64,000 nucleotides of DNA. Origin: Saccostrea echinata. Its lineage: Eukaryota. Shown piece after piece: positions 24,826 to 38,638 of the stretch. The first letter of the stretch is position 1; the number at the start of each line of letters is the position of its first letter. The notes beneath the pieces are model-generated. The model was given only the letters and a program-made list of their open reading frames with translations. It was not told the origin of the DNA and did not search any database. The position numbers were made by a program, and so were the translations under genes. The stretch lies in the NCBI RefSeq assembly GCF_033153115.1, contig NW_026889796.1, positions 14,198,001-14,262,000 of the forward strand, read 5' to 3'.

Positions 24826-26523
24826 TTTTAGCTCACCTGAGCTGTTAGCTCGAGTGGTCACTTTTGTTCAGTGTTTGTCTGTCTGTCCAATTGTAAACTT
24901 TTTGACTTCCTCTCCAGAACCACTAGGCCAATTTCAACCAAAAGTGTTACATAGCATCCCTTGGTAAAGGAAATCCAAGTTTATTCATAGAAAGGCCACA
25001 TACATGTAATCTTTCAAGAGGGAGAAAACCTAATGAAAATTTAGTGGCAAGTTTAAATAAAACAGGACCACTTGGCCAGATGAGTTGAAACTTATGCGAA
25101 ACTTTCATTACATAGTGTAGATCCAGTTCTGTTCAAATTTTGACCTTTTTGGGATAGGATGTAGGGGTGTGCAATTAAAAAAATTAAGCACTGGCCCACG
25201 GGCTAGCGGCAGCAATAAAGTTACTAGCCCCAAGTAAAAAGTTACTAGCCCAAATGTAGGGGCCGGGGTGGGTGGGGGGGGGTGGGGGGTTAACAACTAA
25301 TATTAAAAGAAAATAGTTTATCGTTGAAAAAGTCAGGATTTTAATGTCGTTCTTTTAAAATTAAAGTTTAATTCTCACTAAGTTTAATTCTCACTAGTAA
25401 AATTAAATCATGTATAAATAAATAATTATGATAGTAAATAAAAATGAATTCAAATAAATTATCTTATCTAAAATGAAATGAAAATCATTTTTTTTTTCAT
25501 CTTAAATCATTAAATTTGCTGGAAATATATTTTATGTAAACCACATAACACTTATCTTTCAGTTGATTGAGTGGTTGCAAATAATTTAATGAGATATCTG
25601 CATGTGTATTTACCATAAACAGAGGAATAGAGGAAATTCGGATTAGATAAAAGCGATCGTTTTTGAAAGTAAATAAGTCAGGTGGTACTGCAAAATTGAT
25701 AAGATTATGGAGATTTACGAAAAATATGAGCATGCTGCCGAAAATTTTTCATTGCTTGAGAATTTAATAGCAAAAAATGAGTGAAAATACCGATATTGAT
25801 TTTCATGTATTACATTGGTAGTTTTAATTTTTACTAGCCCAAGGGGCTACCTCCGTGCAGAAAACTACTAGCCCGACCCCAAAAAATAGCCCCGGTAGCC
25901 CCGGGCGTCGGGCGATGCTAATTGCACACCCCTGGGATGGGGCCAAAAAGGGCAATCAAAGTCTTACATACATGTAGGGATATATAGGAAAACATCTTCT
26001 CTAAAACAGCAAGGCCTTGATCAGTCATATTGATATGGAAGCATCATCAGGTATGTAGATTTAAATTTGTTCAAATCATGTTTCTTAAAATAAATTGTGT
26101 GAAGTGTCCTAATTCATGTCCTTATGAATTTCCAAAAGTTGAATTCATTTCTAAAATGAACTCATTGTATCCTAGTGCGCCAATAACAAGCAAAATTATA
26201 AATGGTGTGCAATATTTTTCATGAGAAAATCAAAGTTCCCAAGACTTGTAGATACAAGCTGGGTTGAGTGGGGCTAAAATATGGAAGCAAATTTTACACT
26301 ATACAGATCAGTTACATAAGTCATATTGCTATCCAGCATATGCATTTGTTGTGAGTGGATTCAAGTATGCATAAGTCATGGCCTATTGATGCTAGGGTAC
26401 AGCCCCAGTAAGAACATGAATGTTTCATGTGAATAGAGATTGGAATGTCTTTCAAAAACTTCCAAAAAATAATAGCATTGCATAGGTGGCTCAGGTGAGC
26501 AGTGTGGCCTATGGAACTCTTCT
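24826..26523 (+). mobile_element. Non-autonomous Helentron (HINE) with oyster satellite-like core
   Basis: 5' ttttagctcacctgagc, (gtct)n, core ctccagaaccactaggccaatttcaaccaaa, and 3' gctcaggtgagc (subterminal IR) followed by a degenerate hairpin and a T-rich flank. Confidence 0.8.
25162..25934. mobile_element. hAT-like MITE nested in the HINE, 5-bp TSD
   Basis: TIR TAGGGGTGTGCAATTA / TAATTGCACACCCCTG, TSD GGATG, and repeated subterminal motif actagccc. Confidence 0.8.
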
Positions 26524-27049
26524 TATTAATTTTTTTCTTTTAATTCATAAATTGCTAATTTGAACCCAAGATAATATTTTAATTTTACTCAGATTAAAGG
26601 AAAAAACTATCCTTTGAGATTGTCAATTTTTCTCCATTAAGGAAATGTAGTTTGGGCAACTTTGTTTAATATTGTTTTTAATTTTTGAAGTTTTTACACA
26701 GCAGCCAGATTCTCATGAGAGACTGTGATTGCCAGGGAGTCAAGACACAGACATGACTGAGACAAGTGAGATGACAGAACCAGCATTATGGGTCTCTCTG
26801 ATTATGTTCCGAAAAGTACAGTTTGAGATGATTTCTTTGAATGCTGTGACATGAGCATTGCCCTATCAGGAAACAGATGAAAATTAAATGGATTGAAGCT
26901 TTCATTGAAAGGAATGACTAATCAATTAAAAGATGAGAAATATTGAATTTAAGACGAATTATGTAAAGGTTGAACCTAAAAAAAGAAAACAATTCTCATA
27001 AATAAATTGATCATGCTTTTGTTTGAATTTTCATAAATAGATCATTGGA

Positions 27050-28826
27050 GTATTACCAACATTTTTTGTAAATTTAAGGATTACAAAATGTCTGTTCATC
27101 TCTGTTGCTGTGGACCGACCTCAATTGGTTGCTATACATAGATTGCATAACTGATGCAGAAAATTGAATATGTTTTTATAATTCATAAGTGAGATGAAGC
27201 TTAAATATCTTGTTTTCTGTATATAAATATATATTCTCCTCCATTTTTTGTCAGTGTTTTGAAAATACATTGGTAACTATGCAGTAAAATTGGTTGCTAA
27301 GGGTACATTACATAATTATTTCAACATTATATCACTTTATTTATTGATATTGCAAGAGTATGTTAGCAAATATGCATGAAATAGTATCAACGTGGAAGAA
27401 ATTGAAGGGTTTTCCCTTAAAAATTGATGTGTGTTTTTAACCTTTATTTGGTGTAAAAACTTAAAATTTAACCTATTTTCAAAAAAAAAAAAAAAAAAAA
27501 AAAAAAAATGCCTCTCAATTTTATGTCATTCTTGTAGATCAGCCTGTGTTTTGAATGATTCAATTTCAATTTAATGCACAACTTGTTGCATATTATCTAT
27601 ATATACGTTTACACTAGAGAGGTAATTTTTAAATTTTAATACTGTACAAGTTTGTGTTGCCATGGCAACAGATGCCTAGGTATTTAGATTTTCATTTATA
27701 TTTTTTGGTATACTGCATACCTTTAATAATATGTTCATACTTTGCTGAAGCTGATATCGGTATACTTTTTGTTAAAACATATTTAGAAAATTGTAAAAAT
27801 TGAAGCAGTTTTTTTTTTTTATCTTACTGTGATTTCCATGGTAACACATAATAAGGGGAAAGATAATAGTTCTGTTGGTCAATCATAATTATGATTGACC
27901 AAGATAATGAAGGTATTGGACCAAAATTGCACAAATATAGCATTTAGGGATGCACACTTCTAGATTATTTGTTTGAATTCTCATAACTACAGTAGTCCAC
28001 TGGAGTGTTTCCAATAGTTTTTGATAATTCATAAATAACAAAATGTCTGTTCAGCTCTGTTGCTGTGGACATCATTTGGTTGCTATGCATAGAATATGAT
28101 TGATGCTGAAATTTAAGTATGTTTTATTATTCTTAAGTTAAATAAAGCTTGTTTATCTAATTCTATATTTAAATGCATGTTCTCCTTTATTTTTTGACAC
28201 GATTTCTTGAAAATGCCTAGGTTGCTATGCAGTAAATTTGGTTGCTATGGGCACATTACAGGGTTTTAATCTCCTAATATCACTATATTTATTGATAATG
28301 CAAGAGTATAATAGCAAATATACATAAACAATTATCAATTTGGAAGAAATTGAAAGTTTTCCTTAAAATTTGCTGTGTATTTTTAACATATTTTAAGAGG
28401 AAAGGCACAAAATTTAACCGTTTTTTCCACTAAAACAATAAAAATGCTTCTCAATTTTATAAGCCATTCTTGAAGATCAACCTGTATTGTGTAAGAATCA
28501 AATTCATTTTAATGCTCAGCTTGTTGTAGATTTTATATATATAAGTTTAAACTTGAGAGGTAATTTTCAATTTTTCAAACTGTAAAACTGTACAATATTT
28601 GTGTTGCCATGGCAACGGATACCAATGTATTTAGATTTGCTTTTAAACTTTTTTGTATACTATACATCTTTAATAATTAGCATAAAGTCTGTTGTAGGTG
28701 ATATTTGTATTCTTTTTGTAAAAATATCCTTTTAAAAAAGTTAAAATTGAAGCTATTTTTCTTAACTTATGATGGTTTCCATGGCAACACATAATAAGGG
28801 AAAAAAATAATAGTTTTGTTGGTCAA
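27050..28826. repeat. Diverged ~950-bp tandem duplication in the right arm of the large element
   Basis: acaaaatgtctgttca at ~27084 and ~28038. Both units end ataataaggg...gttggtcaa. Confidence 0.8.
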
Positions 28827-29124
28827 ACATCATTTTCATATATGTAAAAGTTGTGTACTATGAACACTTTTTACAACCAATAAAAGAAAAAAGGGGGTTA
28901 AAATTTTAAGTTTCCATCTGAAGCTTGATGATTCGTGACATTCTCTCTTAAAACCTATATAAATATTGTACAATTTCGTTACAACTTGATGTTGCCAACA
29001 CTTTATATTAATTTTTGAGCTCTATTGTTTTAATTTTAAATTTTACTGCAGTCAGGAATGCAGCAAAACTGTTTTATAATTATCAATGAACTTCATCTTT
29101 CTTTATTGAAAAATCAATTGCTTT

Positions 29125-29228
29125 TAAACAACACATAACTCTTTCACAAAATTAATACCCAATTTCAAGCAGCACCTTTGTAAAACCCAGCAACATGGTA
29201 AATGAACTGAAAAATATATCACAACCCT

Positions 29229-29275
<47 letters not shown>

Positions 29276-31260
29276 TCATATGCAACGTATTAAAATATAT
29301 TGCTATATTCAAGAAATTCATATACTAAAGTCTCCTTGGTATGCAAAAACTTGAATTAAATGTAAACAATAATTCCATACTATTGCATTCAATCAGCCAC
29401 GATAATATTGGCAAAATCAGCTATTTCCACTAATTATGGATTAAATTTCCATATGAGCTACATGTAATTTCCTCCCTATGTCATGTGTAGTTTAATATCA
29501 TAAAATGATTTTGTGAACAAAAGTTTTCGGAAAAAAAGTAAAGGTTAAATATGAATGCCTTATATGTTGCGTTAAAAACTAAATGCAAAAATCATCAGAT
29601 TTTCGAATCTAAAGGCAAATCTTTAGACCCAGGGGAAATCTCACTATTTAACCAGTTTTTCCCTCCTTTCAAAGTGAGGCATCCCCTTCAAAAGTGTTTC
29701 CGAATACAGTAAAACTCATTTATAAGGAAGTCACTGGGACTTTGAATTTCAGTTCCATATTACTAAGATTCCTTCTACATTTAACGAGACCCAATCTAGT
29801 TGGAAATTACAAGAATGGAAAATATTTTTAAATTTTGGATACATACTGTTCAAAAAAAAAAGAAAGAAAGAAAAGAAACGCATAATGGGAATAATACGCT
29901 AAATAATATAAATTATTTTTTGTCATACAATTTTTTTAAGGGTATATGATTCATTTGAGTAAAAAAATCATAATTATTGACGCTAATGATGACATGAGAA
30001 ACTTTCTACGGAAGTCATAAACAAAAAGACTTTAATTTGATATGTGCTTAAATTTGGTCTTTGTAATACTTTTCTTTTGTTGGTTCCTAATCCTCCTCGT
30101 TCAGGTACAAAAGATCTATCAAAGCTTGGGTTCTGGATTGTGTGTCCTAGTATTTTAAAAATTGATGCTATTTAAAAACGCGGCATTTGAATCTATAGAA
30201 AATTTCACAAATTGAAGTAGAATTAAATATTCTTATCATCTTATCATATCTAGATGAGATAACAGGAAGAATTATTTCCAATCATTTTCCAAGTGTAAGT
30301 AATATAAACAACAGTAATTATTGTTAACTAATTCTCCATTGTCTTTGAACTTTTTTTCTGGAGAAGTTTTGCATCTGGTACCAGTACCCTATATTGAGAA
30401 AGAACGAGATGAAAAAAATGAGCAAACATTTATATCATTTTCTTAAATTCCCAAAATTTTTTAGTGTTTACAGTTTTCTTAAATAATGCAATATGTTTAT
30501 AATTTAAAATGGAGACTAAAATATTATTTCTTTCAATTCTTGTAATGTTGGGAATTCCTTTTAAAAAGTAGAGGTTATTGCAAAAGTTTTGTTATAGGTT
30601 AACAGTCTGGATTTGTTCTTCATGGAGTTGCGCCAGTTTACTATTTAAGAAAAACGCCTAAATATTATGTACATATTTTTTTCTTAGTCATTACTAAAAA
30701 ATGATAGGTTAATATATTTCCCTAATAAAAAATAACGTTAATTCGGGAAAAAATAAAATGACTATTTTTTATAGGAGACTCACATTTAAAATAGGTAATG
30801 CACTACAGAGCAAGATTTCATAATGAACTATTTTATTTCAGAAAAAAGACCGTAAGTCCTTAAAAGCTTGATTTTCAATAATTATAGGTATGACAATTTC
30901 TTTGTCAGAAAATGGAGAGAAAATGAAATTTCGATAAATTTTGCATGCCGTGACAAACTTTGACACAAATCATTGTTGGTGTTTTCTTTCAAATACATTG
31001 TCAAATTGTAATATTTAAATCCGCTTATCTTTATTGTAACGATAACATTGTAACATTTCACAAAAAAATTAACACCAATAACATAATCGTGTATAGTTAA
31101 ATGCAATTACATGAATATTGAAGTTTCAACATAAGTTGGAAGACGTGGTTTCGCTCGAGTTGCAACTTAACCAAAATTCATTAATTTCAAAATTTGAATT
31201 AATCAGTACGTGTATATACATGTAAAATTTAACTGAGGAACGAATTCATTGTTTGCAGAA
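29125..31260. repeat. Direct duplicate of 4587-6830 (upstream region of a lost gene copy)
   Basis: Colinear matches, e.g. taaacaacac.taactctttcaca, cgaatacagt...gtcactgggacttt, agacgtggttt...cgagttgcaact. No coding exons are attached. Confidence 0.85.
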
Positions 31261-33104
31261 AACAAAGGATCATTCTCTATAAGGCCGTTTTGCGGCCTAC
31301 AATGACTTCAAATGTTCAAGTAATACTTTTTCCCTTAAGAAATGAATGAAGTAGGCTAATGATCCAGTTTCATGTTAAATGTCGATTGGTTAATAAAATG
31401 AAGTAGTATTTTTATGATATAGGTTCTCAAAGTAATGTACTATCAGTCCGTATTAACATTACGGTAATGGGAAAACTCAAGAGGGTGGGCGTGTTAGGCA
31501 ACTCAAACACATTTCACAACCAGCTTTAACCAGCACTATTGACCAAATTGCTCATCTAGCCAATTTTCATTTTATTTTTATCAAATCAATTCATAATATC
31601 GGGAAAGTATTTTCCTTTATTATTTCACAGGAACCCGATACATCAAGAAAATGCTACAATTTCATGTGATAAAACAATGAAATTTTCAAGTGTACCAAGA
31701 TTCCTGCTGAATGCCAATTAAATGCACCATCTTTCTTTTATGAAATAAAAATTCTTGTATCAATGTCGTATCATGTTTGCGTTGGATTTTTATATATATA
31801 TATTTAGTGTACAATAATGGAGTTAAACACGCAGTGAGCGGAACTTTTCTGCAGCAAAACTGTGCTTTTTAAATAATTTAATGCCCCACATCAACAACAA
31901 CAGAATAATATTTTTGATCATTCTTTTTTTATTCGTTTATTTCTCTTCTTTTTCAATTGTTGGTATCTTGACAAATTTAATAAGGTATTGTTCCAAGTTT
32001 GTAATATAACGCTTGACTGAAAGACACCTTTTTCACCTTTCGTTGCTTTAGTCCTTGGCGGATTCAATCATGGACATGTACTATTTACACAAGTTATTAG
32101 CACTGAAATTTTATTTCTCGCTTAAAACAGCTTAAGGTTATCTTGTTCCGAATTTGCAATAAAAAAATATATTCTTGTTCTTATATACACATATTGTATA
32201 TTATATATATTGGGTAGTCATGTTACATGTGCGTTTATGTAACAGATTGATTAGGCAAAAGCTACTATAAAAGTTGCTTCATTTATGGAGAAAAAGTGTT
32301 TTTCTACAATGATATTTTACTGTTTTCATCAAAGATATGAGAGAGAGAGAGAGATCTATCTGTGTGTTGAAAACTTCACAAATTATCCAAATATATTTCC
32401 CAATGATGCAAACTAGATCAACAAGTAACATCCCCATGACGTTGAAGACCATGTATTTATTTCATATTTTTGGTAAGAAAAAAATAATATAAACTGTTAG
32501 ATGAAGTGCATAGGAGGAAAAGTAAAATTCATAAGCATTTTTAGAGGCTGTCAAATCTCACAAGACTTGTTTGTGGTTACATGGAGATATTCTTTCATTA
32601 TATGTGTACCTCTGTTTTTAACCATAAATTATACCAGAATTCGTTTGAGCAGTTTTTATATATCATATTTTAATCTTAAGCAAGGAAATTTACCTCTCCG
32701 ATAGAGCCAAATTATCTTAAAATAGAGTAAGGTAAATATTGAATTCACTATCCTGTAATGGAATCAATGAATAATTCTCGCGCTTTGTCAATCGCCAATT
32801 CCTAAACCAGAAGAAAATACGTACATGTATCAAGTCATCCTTCTATTGTGTATGAATGCATCAACTAAGACATAACTTCATAATTCATATTTTTAAGACA
32901 AAGAAGACATAACGTTTTGAAGAATTTTTTTCATATTTTTATTTGATACTTGGTGTATCGAACACTACTTTTTTTTTTTTACAGTTTTTACCAAAATAAA
33001 TGTGCATAAAATGTGTGCAATTCACAAATAAACTATGATTCAACTTGATGAAATTTCGGTATTGTTGATGTTTTGAATTATACACATCTTCATTTTTTTC
33101 AAAG

Positions 33105-34778
33105 TTAATTATATTCCACATCATCACAGCTTCCTTTACACCAATCAGGACACCTTGTGCCTCTCCTACACAGAACCTCGGAGAGCCGGTTAGCAAATAT
33201 GTGACAGTTATTAGACCAGAGGCTGTAATTACCATACGTGCATCTGTAATTTTTGGCACAACCCTCAATACAGTCGGAGCTTAGTTCGCTGTATCCTGCT
33301 GGGAATTTTTCCTTTGCTCCAGGACACACATCTCCGCTTAACCGACTCTTAGCAATCGATACTTTCGAACTGGCTGAATTAAAAAAGAAATCCAACATTT
33401 AGATTTTTTTATTTTCACTTTTTTTCACAATGAAATTTTGAGTCTTCTTTCTGTTTTTATCTAAAAAAAAAAAAAAAATTAGCATTCTTTTTCTGTTTTT
33501 GAAGAGTTCTCAAAAAATTTATTACTTTTAAATATATCAAATTAGTTTAACTAAAAAATATAAAGATATGCATTAAGATATTATTTATACAAAGCCTCAA
33601 GGAATGTATCATTATAAAATCATTATTTTTACGAAATAAATGAAAAATAAAGAAACGAACAAATAGCCTCAAGGATGGCCATCAATAGTTAACCTGATAA
33701 AGTAAATAAAAAAATATTTTTAACAAATGGACATGGTACAAATGTACTTACTTTGGAAATCATAAAAGTATCCTCTGTATTCTATGAATCGGTGAGTGGG
33801 GCTATAAGTCCATCTGGAAGGTGCACTACGTTTCCTACGTTTACCTTTGCTATGTTGGTAGATGCAACGGAGATGTGTTGTCCCAAAATAATACGGATGA
33901 GTGCCATCTATTTTTAGAGAACATGTACATTGTACTTAAATTGAGTGAAGAATTTGCCTAAATAATCAATGTTCAGCTCAAAAAGAAGAAATCTATTTTT
34001 GACGTATAACGATCAATTCTATTTATACTCTCAAATGTAAAAGAAATATAGTCAACATTTTTGTATGTTTTTTTTTTTATTTCTTCTGTAGCCAAAGTTC
34101 TGGTGCTCATGAAGGATGTTTCCACATCAAAATTTCTTTAATGGCGGTTTAATGTAGTTCCTTTGACATATGGTTTCGACATTAAAGACAATTATAGCTC
34201 TTCAATTTTTTTGTATGATTTATTTGCTGGGGGGATTTTTTTTTAAAGTGATTGTTATTGCTTGGGTTGCAAATAAGACATTTCTGAGCTTAATTTTTTC
34301 TGTTAATTAATGTATTATATAAATATTTAATGATAAATGGAAACAGGAGGTAGGTCGACATTTTGAATTATTTAATACAAATTTTATATGAATATGATAA
34401 TCAATATTCATTAATATTTATTTTGATTCTATCGATAAAATTTAATAAACTCTTAGAAAAAAATGAAATATTGAGAATTAAATCGATCCCAATAAAAATT
34501 AATGCAAAATAAAATATCAATCAAATTACCGTCTATCTGATCCAGTAGCCAGAGGAAAATCAATTTATGTACTATGATTTAAAAATCACTTAACAACCAT
34601 GAAATTTAAAATTTTTGTGAAATTTGTTAACTTTTTCACCCTAAATATTTTGAAGTCGAAATCGGTATAATTTCAATCGGGAGAGATTTAAATGTTAAAC
34701 TGACTTTTTTTTTTAATTCCACCATTTTATTTCAAAATATGGGTCTCTAGTATTTCTTTTCTGTAATAAAATGTTGTT

Positions 34779-34816
<38 letters not shown>

Positions 34817-35200
34817 AGATTTTATTTTAGTTTTAACTAATATTGATTGACAAATTTATAAATAATTTTTATTAAATAAATTCACCAACCTCGATATGGA
34901 CATCCTTTGCCGACTTCTTCCGTGAACGAACTATCATTAGATGAAACATCAAGAAATAAGATACACGCCAGTATGAATACCTGAAATATAAACAATTTAT
35001 GGTTTTAAATAGAATGCCAAAATGAAAAAAAAATTAAAAAAAAAAATGTTATTGGAATATTACATTGTTTGGAGCAGTTTACATGCTAAACTTTCTCCAA
35101 ATCCTACGACAATCTAATGACATGATTAGAATTTTTTTTTTTCACTCTCCAAGTGAATGTTTAATCTATGAATCGGATAACTTACAATGAAGAAATGCAT
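33105..35200 (-). CDS. Secreted Cys-rich PPPDE/DeSI-like peptidase, copy 3 (more divergent); 4 exons, 176 aa
   Basis: Exons 35200-35186, 34980-34890, 33907-33752, 33373-33105. MHFFIVFILACILFLDVSS-NDSSFTEEVGKGCPYRDGTHPYYFGTTHLRCIYQHSKGKRRKRSAPSRWTYSPTHRFIEYRGYFYDFQTSSKV...NYSLWSNNCHIFAN...EYN. Open frame, with an in-frame 6-nt deletion in exon 3 relative to copies 1 and 2. Confidence 0.87.
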
Positions 35201-36383
35201 CTTGGCTATCTGAAAATTGAGTTTGTGGAGATGGTTTATAAAGGACTTTACTTAAAAAATTAGAATCAATTAAAGTGCTTACACTTGACATAATTTTATG
35301 CTTCTTCAAAGGACATGTCCTTTTTTTCAAAAACAAACGTCATATAAAGTAGTCTAGACGTCCTTTGTTCCAGTTATGAACGTCATATAAAGTGGAATCT
35401 ACTTAGAACAGAATACTTCAAAAAACAAAGGTGAGCATTTTTACTTTTTTTAAGAAATTACTCTTTGAGAAAATTAGTACCCTGTTTCAAACAACACCAT
35501 TGTATAACTCAACTACTCAACTTAATGGCAAATGAACTGCAATAAATAAGTAATACTCTCTCTCTCTCTCTCTCTCGTAAAAATAGTTTTTTTTTCAATG
35601 TTATGAATGTTTACAAGAGTTATCTGCAATATATCCTGATATATTGCAATATGCAAGAAATTCCCATACTAAAATCTTCGTGGTATGCTAAAACCTGATT
35701 CAAATGTAAACAATAATTCTATAATATTGGCATTTGCATTCAAACATAATTACAGGCAAAATTGACTATTTCCACTAATTATGGAGTAATACTGTATACA
35801 GGGTTATTTTCCCCCGTGTCATTTTCACCCTATCACACTTACAAACAATTCTGTTCCGTTTCAAATTCGGCAAGGATGACTTCTTGACTTTGTTTACATG
35901 TGTATAAAAAATTCTGCAAACATATTAAATCTCATTTCAAAATTTAATATTTTTACTCAACTCTTATTAGATATTATTAATAATAGTTTTCATACAATTG
36001 TGAAAGAGTAGTGAGTATTTCCTACATGAGTGCAGTCAGACTGTTATCTTCAGATTAAAAAATGATACTCAGGTTATACATCAGTTAATGTACATAACTA
36101 ATGTGTTTTAATTAAATAAGAAATAATTTTACCGAAATATATGGAATTCAACAAAAATTATGAGCTTAAGGTTACTTCAAGGACATGCCTGGACATTATA
36201 TGATTGACGAGTGAATGAATCAGGTATTATACATGTAAATAAATAGATATGAGTTCAGTCCAGTCAATATTTTGTCTAGAAGAAAACTTGTTTTACCCTG
36301 TTACCTTCAAATAATATATTGCAATTTTTCCATGTTTTTTATTGTTGAATTGTTATTATGATTAATTCTGATATGAGTTCTAC

Positions 36384-36387
<4 letters not shown>

Positions 36388-36431
<44 letters not shown>
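36388..36431. repeat. (GA)n microsatellite
   Basis: Direct reading. Others at 4682, 6857, 29232 and 35556. Confidence 0.95.
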
Positions 36432-36433
<2 letters not shown>

Positions 36434-37114
36434 GAGAGTAAAGAATGATCGCACTTAAGGACATGCAAATTTTGCGACAAAATAAACTTTCAAAAGGAAC
36501 ATTTTTTTCCTTTTAATTGCAGGTATGGTCAACATCCGATCGGCAACTCTACGTAATTTCATTAAATAAAAGTAGGTATTTACTAAGAGCGAATCTGGGG
36601 TCAACATGATTTCTTGAACCTCCATACGATAATGAGGACGCCCACTTTTTTTCTAATTTTATTCATAGTCCGCGCAACTGTTCTCCCTTCAACAGTAGTT
36701 GTATATTTGCATATATAAAGTTGTGTCAAAAGGAGATTAATAGAAAAAAAACATTTGTTCATAGTTTAAAAGGGAAAGAACTGCTCTTCTGACATTTGAT
36801 CAATGGTTGTGTTATGTTGAATATTAAAAATTCCCCTACTCAATTCCGTTTCGCGATGTGTGAGATATCATGTTATATCATGTTATTTGCTAAATACGAC
36901 ACATTAAATCAGTAAACTATGAGGCATTGATTTTAAATCTTATGTACTTTCTTGGACGTGTCCAGTTGTTAATTTCGCTTTGAAACCTTTGTTAATAGTG
37001 TACAAAATATAGAGGGGGTGGGGAAAGAGTGATCACGTGTTTTTAATACATGTCATTGTTATTGATGTTAGTATAATTTTAACCCCTTCTTACAATGTTA
37101 GCTCCACCTCTCAT

Positions 37115-38638
37115 TAATATTTTAATCAATCTTATGTTCAATCAAGGGTAGTTAAGTGTAAATTCTCTATATTTGGAAAGCAGTTAGGACGAAAAAACAC
37201 AGAACTATTTTATTGTATCATAGTCTATTATCGTTTTTTAATTTAAATTTGGTTTCAAACTTGTTAAATTCTTTAACATATAAACAGAACTGAAATTAGG
37301 TTAAAATATAAAAGCAGCAGAATAGACCAAAAAGCCCAAAACTTGGCGTTCAATGCAGTCATCCTTTGAAACATGGTATATTTTGTAAATATTAACTTGT
37401 TTAAAATATATCCGAACAAAAATTATAATTCTGCTAATGGACGTAATGACATGTGGTTTCAGATTTCATAGCTCCTGTTTGCTGCAAGTAAGGAATTTCT
37501 CAAGGGTCTTTTGTCCTTGCACTGATATGTAAAGTACTTAGTACCTACTAACACATATAATCTTTGCAATGGTTCAGGGTTTTTTTTAAATATTCTTTAT
37601 TGTTTGTCAAGTACGGTGGCTAGTATGGGACATGTTGTTCTATTTTCTTATTAATAAAATTCGCGACCATGAATTATATAAGTATATACATGTATTTTTG
37701 TATGTAAAGTATTTTTCCAATTATGTGTGTTTAAATTCAGCCAATATCATGAATCATGATTGCAGTTTTTCATTGATACATTATATGTATATTTGTACTA
37801 AAAATATTTAAGAACTTGTGAATTATGCGGTGGCAAATGGGGTTTTTAATTCGAATCTGATAGATTAACAATGCATAATATTTTAATCAATCTTATGTTC
37901 AATCAAGGGTAGTTAAGTGTAAATTCTCTATATTTGGAAAGCAGTTAGGACGAAAAAACACAGAACTATTTTATTGTATCATAGTCTATTATCGTTTTTT
38001 AATTTAAATTTGGTTTCAAACTTGTTAAATTCTTTAACATATAAACAGAACTGAAATTAGGTTAAAATATAAAAGCAGCAGAATAGACCAAAAAGCCCAA
38101 AACTTGGCGTTCAATGCAGTCATCCTTTGAAACATGGTATATTTTGTAAATATTAACTTGTTTAAAATATATCCGAACAAAAATTATAATTCTGCTAATG
38201 GACGTAATGACATGTGGTTTCAGATTTCATAGCTCCTGTTTGCTGCAAGTAAGGAATTTCTCAAGGGTCTTTTGTCCTTGCACTGATATGTAAAGTACTT
38301 AGTACCTACTAACACATATAATCTTTGCAATGGTTCAGGGTTTTTTTTAAATATTCTTTATTGTTTGTCAAGTACGGTGGCTAGTATGGGACATGTTGTT
38401 CTATTTTCTTATTAATAAAATTCGCGACCATGAATTATATAAGTATATACATGTATTTTTGTATGTAAAGTATTTTTCCAATTATGTGTGTTTAAATTCA
38501 GCCAATATCATGAATCATGATTGCAGTTTTTCATTGATACATTATATGTATATTTGTACTAAAAATATTTAAGAACTTGTGAATTATGCGGTGGCAAATG
38601 GGGTTTTTAATTCGAATCTGATAGATTAACAATGCATA
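37115..38638. repeat. 761-bp perfect tandem duplication
   Basis: atcaagggtagttaagtg at 37141 and 37902. No differences seen between the units by eye. Confidence 0.92.

Larger units (their letters stand above)
15289..28947. mobile_element. Large (13.7 kb) TTAA-specific DNA transposon, Kolobok-like, no intact transposase seen
   Basis: TIR GAGAGAATGTCACGAATCATCAAGCTT / AAGCTTGATGATTCGTGACATTCTCTC, with TTAA at 15285-15288 and 28948-28951. Removing it gives ttctaattaaaacc, homologous to intron 1 ttctatccaaaacc of copy 1. RR..YY termini with a TTAA TSD fit Kolobok. Confidence 0.85.

Noticed and set aside
28952-29010. Remnant of exon 2 of copy 4 (cttgatgtt)
   Set aside because: Only a 9-nt match with no acceptor or frame. 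It could be chance.
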